Shown piece by piece: positions 8,850 through 16,846 of a DNA stretch of 16,960 nucleotides. A program made the position numbers and the translations under genes. Positions within the stretch are counted from its first letter, which is position 1. Every line of letters starts with the position of its first letter. The stretch covers positions 424,920 to 441,879 of the forward strand of contig CP070761.1 in the NCBI GenBank assembly GCA_020348985.1, given 5' to 3'. The notes beneath the pieces are model-generated. The model was not told the origin of the DNA. It saw only the letters and a list, made by a program, of their open reading frames with translations, and did no database searches. Source of the DNA: Candidatus Thorarchaeota archaeon. GTDB lineage: Archaea; Asgardarchaeota; Thorarchaeia; Thorarchaeales; Thorarchaeaceae.

Positions 8850-9542
8850 ATGCAGGGGATTGTCGAGCTAGTCTTCCAACTAGGTTTTGCCTTTGGTTCC
8901 GGGCTGTACGTGGCCCTTTCACCATGTCTCTTTCCTCTGCTTCCGCTCTTCTTACTTAGGACACTTCAATCCGAGTCAAGTCGAAGCCGTAGTCTGCTGA
9001 TTACTGTGGCTCTGGTTCTAGGAATCCTCACTTCCCTGGCGCTCTTTGTCTTCGTACTGCGTTTCATTATCGGGACTTTCTTTCTGACGCATTTCATCCA
9101 AATTCAGGCCGCTCTCGGCGTTCTCATTGTTGTCTTAGGGATTCTTACAATGTCTGAATCACTAAGGATGAGGTTGGGATTATCGCGCCTTGGATTGAGC
9201 TCCTCACCACAAGCACCCACTGGAATTCTAAGTGTCTACATTCTCGGATTGGGGTATTCACTAATTGCAGCCCCATGCGCCGGACCAGCTATACTCGCGA
9301 TTGTTTCGCTTCTCATCATTGAAGTGGAAGTCATTGTTGTTGTAATCCTCTTCCTTGCCGTATCGGTGGGTGCAGCCATACCTTACCTCGCAATAGCTTT
9401 AGTTACAGGCGAGGCGAGGACAAAGCTTGCGATGTCAATGAGCGAGAAGACGAGGAAGATCGAACTTGTCGTTGGGGCGATAGTCGCAATCGTGGGTGTT
9501 GTCTTGATACTTCCTTTGCTTGGCATTTCGCTACTCTTCTGA
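8850..9542 (+). CDS. ccdA: CcdA/DsbD transmembrane disulfide-reduction protein
   Basis: About 6 TM helices with LSPCLFPLLP and AAPCAGP motifs; adjacent to the TlpA-like gene. Confidence 0.88.
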   Translation: MQGIVELVFQLGFAFGSGLYVALSPCLFPLLPLFLLRTLQSESSRSRSLLITVALVLGILTSLALFVFVLRFIIGTFFLTHFIQIQAALGVLIVVLGILTMSESLRMRLGLSRLGLSSSPQAPTGILSVYILGLGYSLIAAPCAGPAILAIVSLLIIEVEVIVVVILFLAVSVGAAIPYLAIALVTGEARTKLAMSMSEKTRKIELVVGAIVAIVGVVLILPLLGISLLF

Positions 9543-9556
9543 AGGCTCAACACCTT

Positions 9557-10312
9557 CTAGCCAAAGAGACTGTCATCTGTCGACCGGAGGATCTCCCTTG
9601 CAGAGGAATCTCCCAACTCCGGTGACACTCCAGAGATCAACACAAAGGGAATGCCTTCTCCTGCTTGCCCCATAACAAGTTCTGCAGCAGAAGCCAGCTC
9701 GTCAGCAATGCAGGTTAGGGATGACCTCAGGGTTCTTCCATACAGATCTTTCTCATCCTTGCCAGATTGAAACGCCGACATTCCAGCAAGTCCGATTGCC
9801 AGGTTGACAGCTCCGCTTCTCCATGGCCTACCTTGAGTATCACTTATGATGACAGGAATAGGAAACCCATAATGCGCTGACAAATGCTTATGGATTCTCA
9901 GTGCAGAGTTGTCAGGGTCTATTGGAAGTGTCATCAGGAATCCTGGTGGGGCATTGCTTATGTCGATTCCTGAGTAGTCTGTGATGAAGCCATGCTTGGT
10001 TCTCGTAATGAGAACTGGGGATTCGTGGATTACCTCAGTGGCCTCTCGGAGAGCCAACTCAACAAGCTCAGGAGACCTGCCTGTTTTCTCAGAGATGAGC
10101 TTGGCGTGGTTGGAAGGTTCAATAGTGGAAACTTCATGAAGACAACCCTCGGAGATTGAGACAACAGCATGGGTGACTACAATAATGTCACCTGCCTCAG
10201 GAATGATGTTGTTCCTATGGAGGCTTGAGACCAAAACAGATGGGAGGTAATCCCCTTGCTTGATGAGGGGCACCTCCCGAATTGGCACTATTGTGAGATC
10301 TCTTCTTCTCAT
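9557..10312 (-). CDS. cofE: Coenzyme F420-0:L-glutamate ligase
   Basis: VPLIKQGD, GIDISN, LPIDPDNSA, IISDTQGRPWRSG, DLYGRTL, IADELASAAELVMGQAGEGIP. Confidence 0.92.
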   Translation of the reverse strand: MRRRDLTIVPIREVPLIKQGDYLPSVLVSSLHRNNIIPEAGDIIVVTHAVVSISEGCLHEVSTIEPSNHAKLISEKTGRSPELVELALREATEVIHESPVLITRTKHGFITDYSGIDISNAPPGFLMTLPIDPDNSALRIHKHLSAHYGFPIPVIISDTQGRPWRSGAVNLAIGLAGMSAFQSGKDEKDLYGRTLRSSLTCIADELASAAELVMGQAGEGIPFVLISGVSPELGDSSAREILRSTDDSLFG

Positions 10313-10320
10313 ACGACAAC

Positions 10321-11010
10321 TCAGCCTGCTTTGCTTGTCAGACTTGATTCCCCCATTTGAGAATCAGAGATCTCATCTGGCGGTAGCTCTTCAAACCTTG
10401 AAGACGCGCTGTCGGCGTCATCCCCTAGGCCCGCCTGAAGTGCCAAATTCTCGGGGATTAAGTAGTAAAGAAAAACTCCGCCTGCTACATTGATGACTGC
10501 CTGAATCGCATTCCAAGGAACTAAGGTTGCTGAGATTACAACAGCAATGTCAAATGACAAGACAACTAGAACTGGTAGCAGGACTATGTTTCCAACGTAC
10601 ATACCGAGTGATCTAGACAATGCGGCTAGAATCACGTAGGCAAAAACAGTTGGAGCCCGCTTCCATTTCATTCTGCGTCCAAGTTCTCTTGCAGATAGCA
10701 GTCCCAGAATTGTGAATGATTCTGCTGCAACCTTGAAAACTGCACCAATGAGGTTGCCATGGAGAATGATGCCAAGTCCTGCCATCAGAACTCCAATCAA
10801 GGCATACACAAAGCCCAAGCCAAGGAATATGATCATGATCGGTATGCCTGTCCAGTCTAGAGTAAAACTGGGTACAGTTGGCACTGGCTTGAAATCTGTG
10901 ATTCCAACAATCGGAAACACCTCTAATGCTATCACCATTGCTGAGAAAATAGCGAGTAGTGCTATGCTCCGCGAATCAGTTCGTAGCGGATGTCTTTCGA
11001 ACCAGCTCAT
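10321..11010 (-). CDS. ECF transporter substrate-binding (S) component, RibU/PanT-like
   Basis: About 6 TM helices; AIFSAM helix-1 motif; PSFTLDWTGIP resembles the RibU LKLDFSDVP motif; LVPWNAIQA in the last helix. ATG at 11010 preferred over GTG at 11097. Stop is 8 nt before cofE. Confidence 0.75.
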   Translation of the reverse strand: MSWFERHPLRTDSRSIALLAIFSAMVIALEVFPIVGITDFKPVPTVPSFTLDWTGIPIMIIFLGLGFVYALIGVLMAGLGIILHGNLIGAVFKVAAESFTILGLLSARELGRRMKWKRAPTVFAYVILAALSRSLGMYVGNIVLLPVLVVLSFDIAVVISATLVPWNAIQAVINVAGGVFLYYLIPENLALQAGLGDDADSASSRFEELPPDEISDSQMGESSLTSKAG

Positions 11011-11135
11011 TTCCGTTTCTGTCTCCTGTATTGGGAGTACTGACCGGTACAGCTGAACAGAGGTCAATCCTCTGTCGTCTCCGGGACTGTCTCTCACTAA
11101 AAAGTGAAGCGCATTTCAGCAACTCCCGGTCAGGG
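11011..11135 (-). ncRNA. Candidate structured cis-regulatory leader RNA (riboswitch-like) of the ECF-S/cofE operon
   Basis: Nested stems CUGACCGG/CCGGUCAG and GCUGA/UCAGC enclose hairpins UUCACU/AGUGAG, GUC/GAC and ACAGAGG/CCUCUGU; alternative pairing GGGAGU/ACUCCC versus CUCC/GGAG(SD). Confidence 0.55.
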
Positions 11136-11175
11136 TTTTGGAAATCTTTTGAAGCTCCTTTTGCTTTTTCAATTT

Positions 11176-11319
11176 GTGAGCGAAGTCGTGATTAGTTGCC
11201 AGAATCTCACAAAGCAATATGGCAAGTCCCGCGGAATCGGGAATCTCAACCCGGAAGATCTCGAAGAAGAAGTGTTCGGCTTCTTGGACCCCAACGTAGC
11301 AAGGAAAAGATCCCGGTGA
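11176..11319 (+). pseudogene. Decayed N-terminal fragment of an ABC transporter ATP-binding protein
   Basis: VISCQNLTKQYGKSRGIGNLN...EVFGFLDPNVARK is a degenerate GEVFGFLGPNGAGK Walker A, followed by a stop. Confidence 0.75.
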
Positions 11320-11365
11320 TTTCTACTTGTTCTCATTGCTGTGAAGACCCCAGTTATATTTCGAT

Positions 11366-13270
11366 ATGAAGATTGGATTCTCGAGTAGGTTGACAGAAAG
11401 AGGACGAGTGTGGATACTGCTTGTAATCCTCTGCGTGGCAAGCACTGCAGTACTAGGACAGACCACTATTCCCAGTGATCAATTATCTATTCCGCATTGG
11501 TATACTGCATCTGATGCATTCGATTTGAATCCGGACGATGATTGGTTCCCACTCCCGGATATTGATGTTCCCTACTCGCTCCCACTAAGGGGATACAACT
11601 CCCATAGCAGGAGCTATTTTATGGACCTTGGGGCTCTAGACTGGCTTTCAGATTATGTCGAGTATTACGGAGTGGATCTCCCTCCACATGAGAAGGGCAT
11701 CAATGAAACACATGCTAGCGACCAGCTTGAGTTTCTCTTCGAATTGATGACTGACAGGTTAGCAGAGCCAGAAGATGATCCGATACAAGCACTGGACTAT
11801 GTGAAGGACTTGGAGGGGTCTTTTGAGGTTTACATTCCGCTCATCGTTATGTTCGACCTCAACAGCTCATATGATGAGACTGATATGGATGAGTGGGCCA
11901 TCCACCCACATCTTATTGATGAGACACTGAATGATGCATTTCCTCTCATTGACTGGATCGTCGAGCTCTTCTGGTTTGATTATGATAATGAGAACGTCAC
12001 TGCTTTTTTTGAACTAGTGGAGGAGAAGACCTTTGATGATAGGATCAACATAGATTATGACTTCTTGAGCCGCTGTGATGTGATCCTACATGATACTATT
12101 GCAGCATATCCCCATTATTATGAGAGCGACTTCGTGCTTCCATCACTGATTCTGTTTCAGGAATACCCCCTATACTCTGTCTGGGCTGAGCATAGTTTTC
12201 GAGGAATGGGCAGAATTCAATCAGCATATGACGAGATAAGCTCATGGAATATCAACTGCTTGCCTTTGACATCTCTCTTTTTTGGTGCTAACCCCTCCAA
12301 AATTCGTTTTCCAATCACCAGCACAATACTCCACGAACTTTGTCATTGCATTGGCCAGACTGATATTCACTATTCTTTTGGCTGGATCATGGCCTCAACG
12401 ACTACATCTGTCATGGCTGCATATACCCGTGACCCACATTATGACCGCCTGGATAAGGACTTGATAAACATTGGCCAAGCACTCCAGCTGTTGGGGAAAT
12501 ACCTTGATGAGATAGCATATTTCCAGGAGTTCTCACTGAGCGCTTCACAACTCATTGACCTACAGAATCTTGAGACCGGCTTGTCTGGGGTGTTAGGGAT
12601 GCTCATCTCATCAGATCTTGACGCATTGAAAGCCACCCTGCAGGCTGCTGAAATTCTCTGTGGTCAACTCGCGTCTGATCTTGGAATACCTCGAAAAGAT
12701 GGGGCCTGGTCTCACAATGCACCAGCTCTAGATGTTCAGATCGACTGGATCATTGGCCCTGGGTTTTCTGACACTGAGGAAATCGCTGCGAGTATAGAAT
12801 CTCGGGTCGAACTGACACGTGAGTTGTACTCATTCGAGGATACTACTCTTCCCTCACCTCTGTATAACATCACAATAGATATTCACGCTGTAGATAGCGT
12901 CTACGGAGACACACTTATCGAGTCCCTCAGGAGCTATATCATCGAATCAAAGACTAGCTTCTTCGTCGAAGAAGCGTTACCTGATGATGCGTGGGACTCA
13001 TTCCCTCGAAACAGAATCTTTCAGAACATCAGCGGTTATGAGATTGATGGTGATAAAGCTGAGCAATGGTTGGTCGACAATCCCGCTACGCCTGACAAGG
13101 AGAACAGTCTTCAATATCGTTTCTATATCTTCAATCTGGAGAACATCACAGCTAATGAAGACCATCTGATGGAGTCTCTCATTATAGCTGGCGGTGTCTC
13201 TGCCACTGTCACAATAGTTGCGGTGATCGTCTTCCGTAGGAGACACTCAAAGTCTGCAATTGACGAATAG
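11366..13270 (+). CDS. Secreted, C-terminally membrane-anchored metzincin-type zinc metallopeptidase
   Basis: N-terminal signal peptide; HELCHCIGQTDIH zinc motif; SVMAAY Met-turn; C-terminal TM helix followed by RRRH. Confidence 0.75.
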   Translation: MKIGFSSRLTERGRVWILLVILCVASTAVLGQTTIPSDQLSIPHWYTASDAFDLNPDDDWFPLPDIDVPYSLPLRGYNSHSRSYFMDLGALDWLSDYVEYYGVDLPPHEKGINETHASDQLEFLFELMTDRLAEPEDDPIQALDYVKDLEGSFEVYIPLIVMFDLNSSYDETDMDEWAIHPHLIDETLNDAFPLIDWIVELFWFDYDNENVTAFFELVEEKTFDDRINIDYDFLSRCDVILHDTIAAYPHYYESDFVLPSLILFQEYPLYSVWAEHSFRGMGRIQSAYDEISSWNINCLPLTSLFFGANPSKIRFPITSTILHELCHCIGQTDIHYSFGWIMASTTTSVMAAYTRDPHYDRLDKDLINIGQALQLLGKYLDEIAYFQEFSLSASQLIDLQNLETGLSGVLGMLISSDLDALKATLQAAEILCGQLASDLGIPRKDGAWSHNAPALDVQIDWIIGPGFSDTEEIAASIESRVELTRELYSFEDTTLPSPLYNITIDIHAVDSVYGDTLIESLRSYIIESKTSFFVEEALPDDAWDSFPRNRIFQNISGYEIDGDKAEQWLVDNPATPDKENSLQYRFYIFNLENITANEDHLMESLIIAGGVSATVTIVAVIVFRRRHSKSAIDE

Positions 13271-13444
13271 ATGACAATCATTCACCACATGATCTCCTCT
13301 CCCCAATCTAACAAGAGATATTCGGGAATTCGTCTAGTACGCTGTGTCAGATTCTGTTCGATTTGCTTCCCAGTTACGACTGGATTCCTGTTTTCACATT
13401 CTTTGTCGACAACTTAAGGATAGTCGTAGTCTCTCAGAATAGGA

Positions 13445-13579
13445 TGGTTAGCATTTGGGTTCCAAGCGGTTCTCATTGCTGTCTGCCGACTCGTCTTTCG
13501 TTATCACGACACGGCGTTCAGAGACGAGTACAGGGAACATCAAAAAACAGCAAAGAAACTGATTCCAGGTTTCTATTGA
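13445..13579 (+). pseudogene. C-terminal remnant of an isoprenylcysteine carboxylmethyltransferase (ICMT/PEMT)-family gene
   Basis: A frame absent from the ORF track reads WLAFGFQAVLIAVCRLVFRYHDTAFRDEYREHQKTAKKLIPGFY*, resembling the family ending FGDEYxxYxxxxxxLIPxxY; in-frame stops lie upstream. Confidence 0.6.
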
Positions 13580-13636
13580 CTATCACTGTGATTGATTAAC
13601 AATCGTTAATATGTCATCGGAAGCAGCATCTTCGAG

Positions 13637-14530
13637 TCAAAGTGTTATCACTACGTTACCCTTCTTGTGACCGGTGTCGACATGCCTGTGGGCCTCGACA
13701 ATCTGCTCCAGTGGATAGCGTCTGTCGATTACTGATCTTAGCTCGCCTGCCTCAATGAGCTCTTTGAGGAAGCTAAGATTCTCAGCCTTCTCTTTTGTAG
13801 TGGACCTGACGTCAAGATAAACTCCTGTCTCATTTAAGGATCTCTTGACCCGTGACGACGATAACTTGCTGACTGCGTCAAAGATGACATCATAGAGCTC
13901 GTCGCTTTGGGTGAAGTCCTCTTTGGTGTAGTCTATCACTGTGCTGCAACCCAGATCCTTGACCCACTCTAGATTCTTCGTGCTCGATACGCCGGTCACC
14001 TCTGCCTCCCAGCAAGCGGCAAGCTGAACAGCGTAGGTTCCTACACTACCTGATGCTCCGTAGATCAAGACCTTCTGGCCGGGTTGGATGTTTCCTCTCC
14101 TAAGAATATCCAGTGCCGTATGTCCACCTATAGGAACAGCTGCTGCTTCTTCAAAGCTCATGTTGTCCGGCTTCAATGCAACCATACTGTCTTCAGGTAT
14201 GCAGATGTACTCTGCATGAGCACCGCTCTTCATCCCTGTGGATGCAAAGACTTCATCGCCTGGCCTGAATAACGTCACTTCATCGCCGACTTGTTCAATC
14301 ACACCTGCGAATTCGTGTCCCAATATCTTGTTCTTCCCTAGTCCACCCATGAACAGACCAAACAGTAGACGGGTAGGGAGTCTCATTCTTCGAAGCATCG
14401 CATCCCCGAAGGTTACTGTGGTTGCACGAATCTTTACTAGGAGCTCATTGGGCTTTGGCCTTGGCTTCTCTATCTCTTTGATCCGAAGTCCTTCTGGTGG
14501 GCCGTATTTCGTAACAACAACCGCTTTCAT
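13637..14530 (-). CDS. MDR-superfamily NAD(P)-dependent oxidoreductase (zinc-independent, quinone-reductase-like)
   Basis: [61 protein letters not shown]. Confidence 0.92.
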   Translation of the reverse strand: MKAVVVTKYGPPEGLRIKEIEKPRPKPNELLVKIRATTVTFGDAMLRRMRLPTRLLFGLFMGGLGKNKILGHEFAGVIEQVGDEVTLFRPGDEVFASTGMKSGAHAEYICIPEDSMVALKPDNMSFEEAAAVPIGGHTALDILRRGNIQPGQKVLIYGASGSVGTYAVQLAACWEAEVTGVSSTKNLEWVKDLGCSTVIDYTKEDFTQSDELYDVIFDAVSKLSSSRVKRSLNETGVYLDVRSTTKEKAENLSFLKELIEAGELRSVIDRRYPLEQIVEAHRHVDTGHKKGNVVITL

Positions 14531-14655
14531 AACTATCCTCTCCAAAGTCACTTTGTGACCAACGCTACGTTAAATGTTCCTTTCTTCTGGAGAAAGACAA
14601 TTATCATAGAATCCATGTCCCTCTGCTCAGAGAAACACTCTGCTGGTGTGAAACT

Positions 14656-16377
14656 GTGTCAATATTGATTAGACTAGCCTTTCTTGCTTCCCCCTTTTTT
14701 AGATTAAGCAATGCTGTGAAAAGAGCTGTTGCTACGATCTCAAAGCGCTACTTTGCACCGAAACCGTCAGACCATATGTACGAGCTAGGCGACTGGAAGA
14801 ATGATAGAGTTGTCCAAACAAAGTATGGCCTCATGGCTGGCTATTCAGATAGAGACTCTTGGTGCTGGAAGGGAATCCCTTATGCAACTCCTCCAGTTGG
14901 AGAATTGCGGTGGAAAGCGCCGCTTGATCCTGTTCCCTGGACTGGAACACGCAGAACAAGGAGGTTTGGAAGCTCCGCAGCGCAGTTTATGCTGATTTTT
15001 GGTGCAATGGGGTCGGAAGACTGTCTCTACCTCAATATCTGGCGACCCAAAAGCCAGGAAGCAGAGTTGCCAGTCTATCTCTATATCCATGGAGGAGGGA
15101 ATTCCATAGGCACATCTGCCACATCTTCATACTACGGCAATGCTGTAGCTGAGAAATCGAACCTGCTCTACATCTCCGTCAACTATCGTCTGGGCGCAAT
15201 GGGTTGGTTTTTCCATCCGGCAGTAACGGGCAGAGGCTCACCAGAAGATCAGAGCGGGAATTATGGAACTCTAGACCTTGTGAAGGCTTTGGAGTGGGTG
15301 CGTGACAATATCAGAGCTTTTGGCGGTGACCCAAGCAACGTGACAATTGCTGGTGAGTCTGGAGGAGCTTTCAACGTGCTTTCACTCCTTGCTTCTCCCA
15401 AATCAAAAGGGCTCTTCCATCGTGCCGTTGTGGAAAGCGGTCTGTCGTATATCTGGAGCACTGAAGAGGCAATAACTCAGAGTGAGAGACTCCTTGTTGC
15501 CCTCCTCATCAAAGATCGCAAAGCTGAGAATGAAGAAGAAGCCAAGCAGCTCATCAGCAATATGCACAATGATGAGATCAATGAGTACTTCCGTTCGAAA
15601 TCAGCATTTACAATCACGAAGAATATTCCCACAAGGGACTTTGGGATGGCAAAATGGCGCACTATCTTCACCGATGGGGCAGTGATGCCAAAAGAAGGAT
15701 ACGACCGTTTTTCCTCTGAAGATTGGGATAACAAGGTGCCAGTGATTATAGGTTGTACTAAGGACGAGATGAAGCTCTTTGGCTATGTCAGGAAGAATCC
15801 TCGACGGAATACTCGAGAATACGACATGGTCTGGAACTATCACTCACTTTTGTGGCGGGCAAGCGGTGTAGATGAGGTTGCGCAGAAAATGGTCTGTCAT
15901 AGCGATGTGCGCATCTATGCGTACCGGTTTGACTGGGGGTCTGTTGATGAAAACGGGGATAGTGTTCTGCCAGGAAACAGGGGTCGAGACTTGGGTGCTC
16001 ATCATGCCGCAGAGATACCATTCTTTCTTGGAATGGGCTCACCTGACCTGAACAGGTTGGTAGGAAGAACCCATACCAAGCAAAACAAGCCTGGACGCGA
16101 AAAACTGACTGACTTGTGCATGAGGTATCTGGCAAATCTCTCGAAAACAGGGAATCCCAACGGAGAGGAATTACCCCATTGGCCCGCATGGGACAACACT
16201 GAAGGCAAGGAGAAGATTCTCGTTCTCGACGCAGGATTCAATGAATTGAGACTGTCATACTTGAGTGAAATGATTACTGTTCAGAGTGTTTTTGGTCTCG
16301 TAAATGCTGAGCTTGAAGAACCCGAGCGAGTGAAAGTATTGGCTATGTTAGATGATTTCATACCTTCCAGGGAATAG
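14656..16377 (+). CDS. Type-B carboxylesterase/lipase (alpha/beta hydrolase)
   Basis: KGIPYATPPVGELRWKAP, SEDCLYLNIW, IHGGG, GESGG nucleophile, TKDE acid, GAHHAAEIPF His. Confidence 0.92.
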   Translation: MSILIRLAFLASPFFRLSNAVKRAVATISKRYFAPKPSDHMYELGDWKNDRVVQTKYGLMAGYSDRDSWCWKGIPYATPPVGELRWKAPLDPVPWTGTRRTRRFGSSAAQFMLIFGAMGSEDCLYLNIWRPKSQEAELPVYLYIHGGGNSIGTSATSSYYGNAVAEKSNLLYISVNYRLGAMGWFFHPAVTGRGSPEDQSGNYGTLDLVKALEWVRDNIRAFGGDPSNVTIAGESGGAFNVLSLLASPKSKGLFHRAVVESGLSYIWSTEEAITQSERLLVALLIKDRKAENEEEAKQLISNMHNDEINEYFRSKSAFTITKNIPTRDFGMAKWRTIFTDGAVMPKEGYDRFSSEDWDNKVPVIIGCTKDEMKLFGYVRKNPRRNTREYDMVWNYHSLLWRASGVDEVAQKMVCHSDVRIYAYRFDWGSVDENGDSVLPGNRGRDLGAHHAAEIPFFLGMGSPDLNRLVGRTHTKQNKPGREKLTDLCMRYLANLSKTGNPNGEELPHWPAWDNTEGKEKILVLDAGFNELRLSYLSEMITVQSVFGLVNAELEEPERVKVLAMLDDFIPSRE

Positions 16378-16386
16378 ATTGACGAA

Positions 16387-16659
16387 TCACTGTGACTCAG
16401 CCTTGTCAAAGAATGCTCCTGTGGCTTCAACTTCGAGGTCCAGGAATACTCCAATGCCTGCATCAGTTTCTTCGAAGCTTATAGAGTAGATTGTGTTGAT
16501 AGGAGTCGAGGGTATGAGTTGGATCCTTGTGGACCTGTCAGTTCTAGGTCCCATTTTAATGGTGGAGATTTCGACTCCCTGCTCAACAGTAGGTCCTAGT
16601 ACATCTACAGAATAGAACATTGCTAAACACTTTGAGGACTGAGATACACTTTTCACCAT
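16387..16659 (-). pseudogene. Short ORF, possibly a decayed SRPBCC/polyketide-cyclase-like gene
   Basis: The C-terminal YSISFEETDAGIGVFLDLEVEATG resembles an SRPBCC beta-hairpin, but the protein is short and lacks the final helix. Confidence 0.3.
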
Positions 16660-16704
16660 ATCACGCACGCGTTCTCATCTCTTTGGTTGATACTTCCATG
16701 CAGT

Positions 16705-16747
16705 TAGTGGGTAGTTTGATATACGGGTAGTGCGTAGTTTGATATAC
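16705..16747. repeat. Two-copy direct repeat with 23-bp period
   Basis: TAGTGGGTAGTTTGATATAC (16705-16724) and TAGTGCGTAGTTTGATATAC (16728-16747), 19/20 identical. Confidence 0.8.
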
Positions 16748-16846
16748 CGTGCGAAAGGTATCGGGTGTGGATTCTTGGAATTCAGTAGTTTTGATGTGCT
16801 GAAAGAGAAACAAGAGTATCATGAAACGTTAATGTGAGGGGATGTC

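Noticed and set aside
11040-11133. tRNA or tRNA-Sec, or a hammerhead ribozyme, as the explanation of the cloverleaf-like structure
   Set aside because: No T-loop (UUCRAAU), no 7-nt anticodon loop, no D-loop GG, and no CUGAnGA/GAAA hammerhead core on either strand
13363-13599. 78-aa plus-strand ORF
   Set aside because: Not protein-like; another frame carries the ICMT-like remnant
86-16463. Many short antisense or alternative-frame ORFs nested in the long genes
   Set aside because: Shadow ORFs overlapping well-supported CDSs, with no motifs
16705-16799. Mini CRISPR array
   Set aside because: Only 3 nt between the copies, no spacers, no cas genes
16669-16820. Selenocysteine read-through of the in-frame TGA upstream of the 93-aa minus ORF
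   Set aside because: The upstream translation is not protein-like, there is no redox motif context, and no SECIS was recognised
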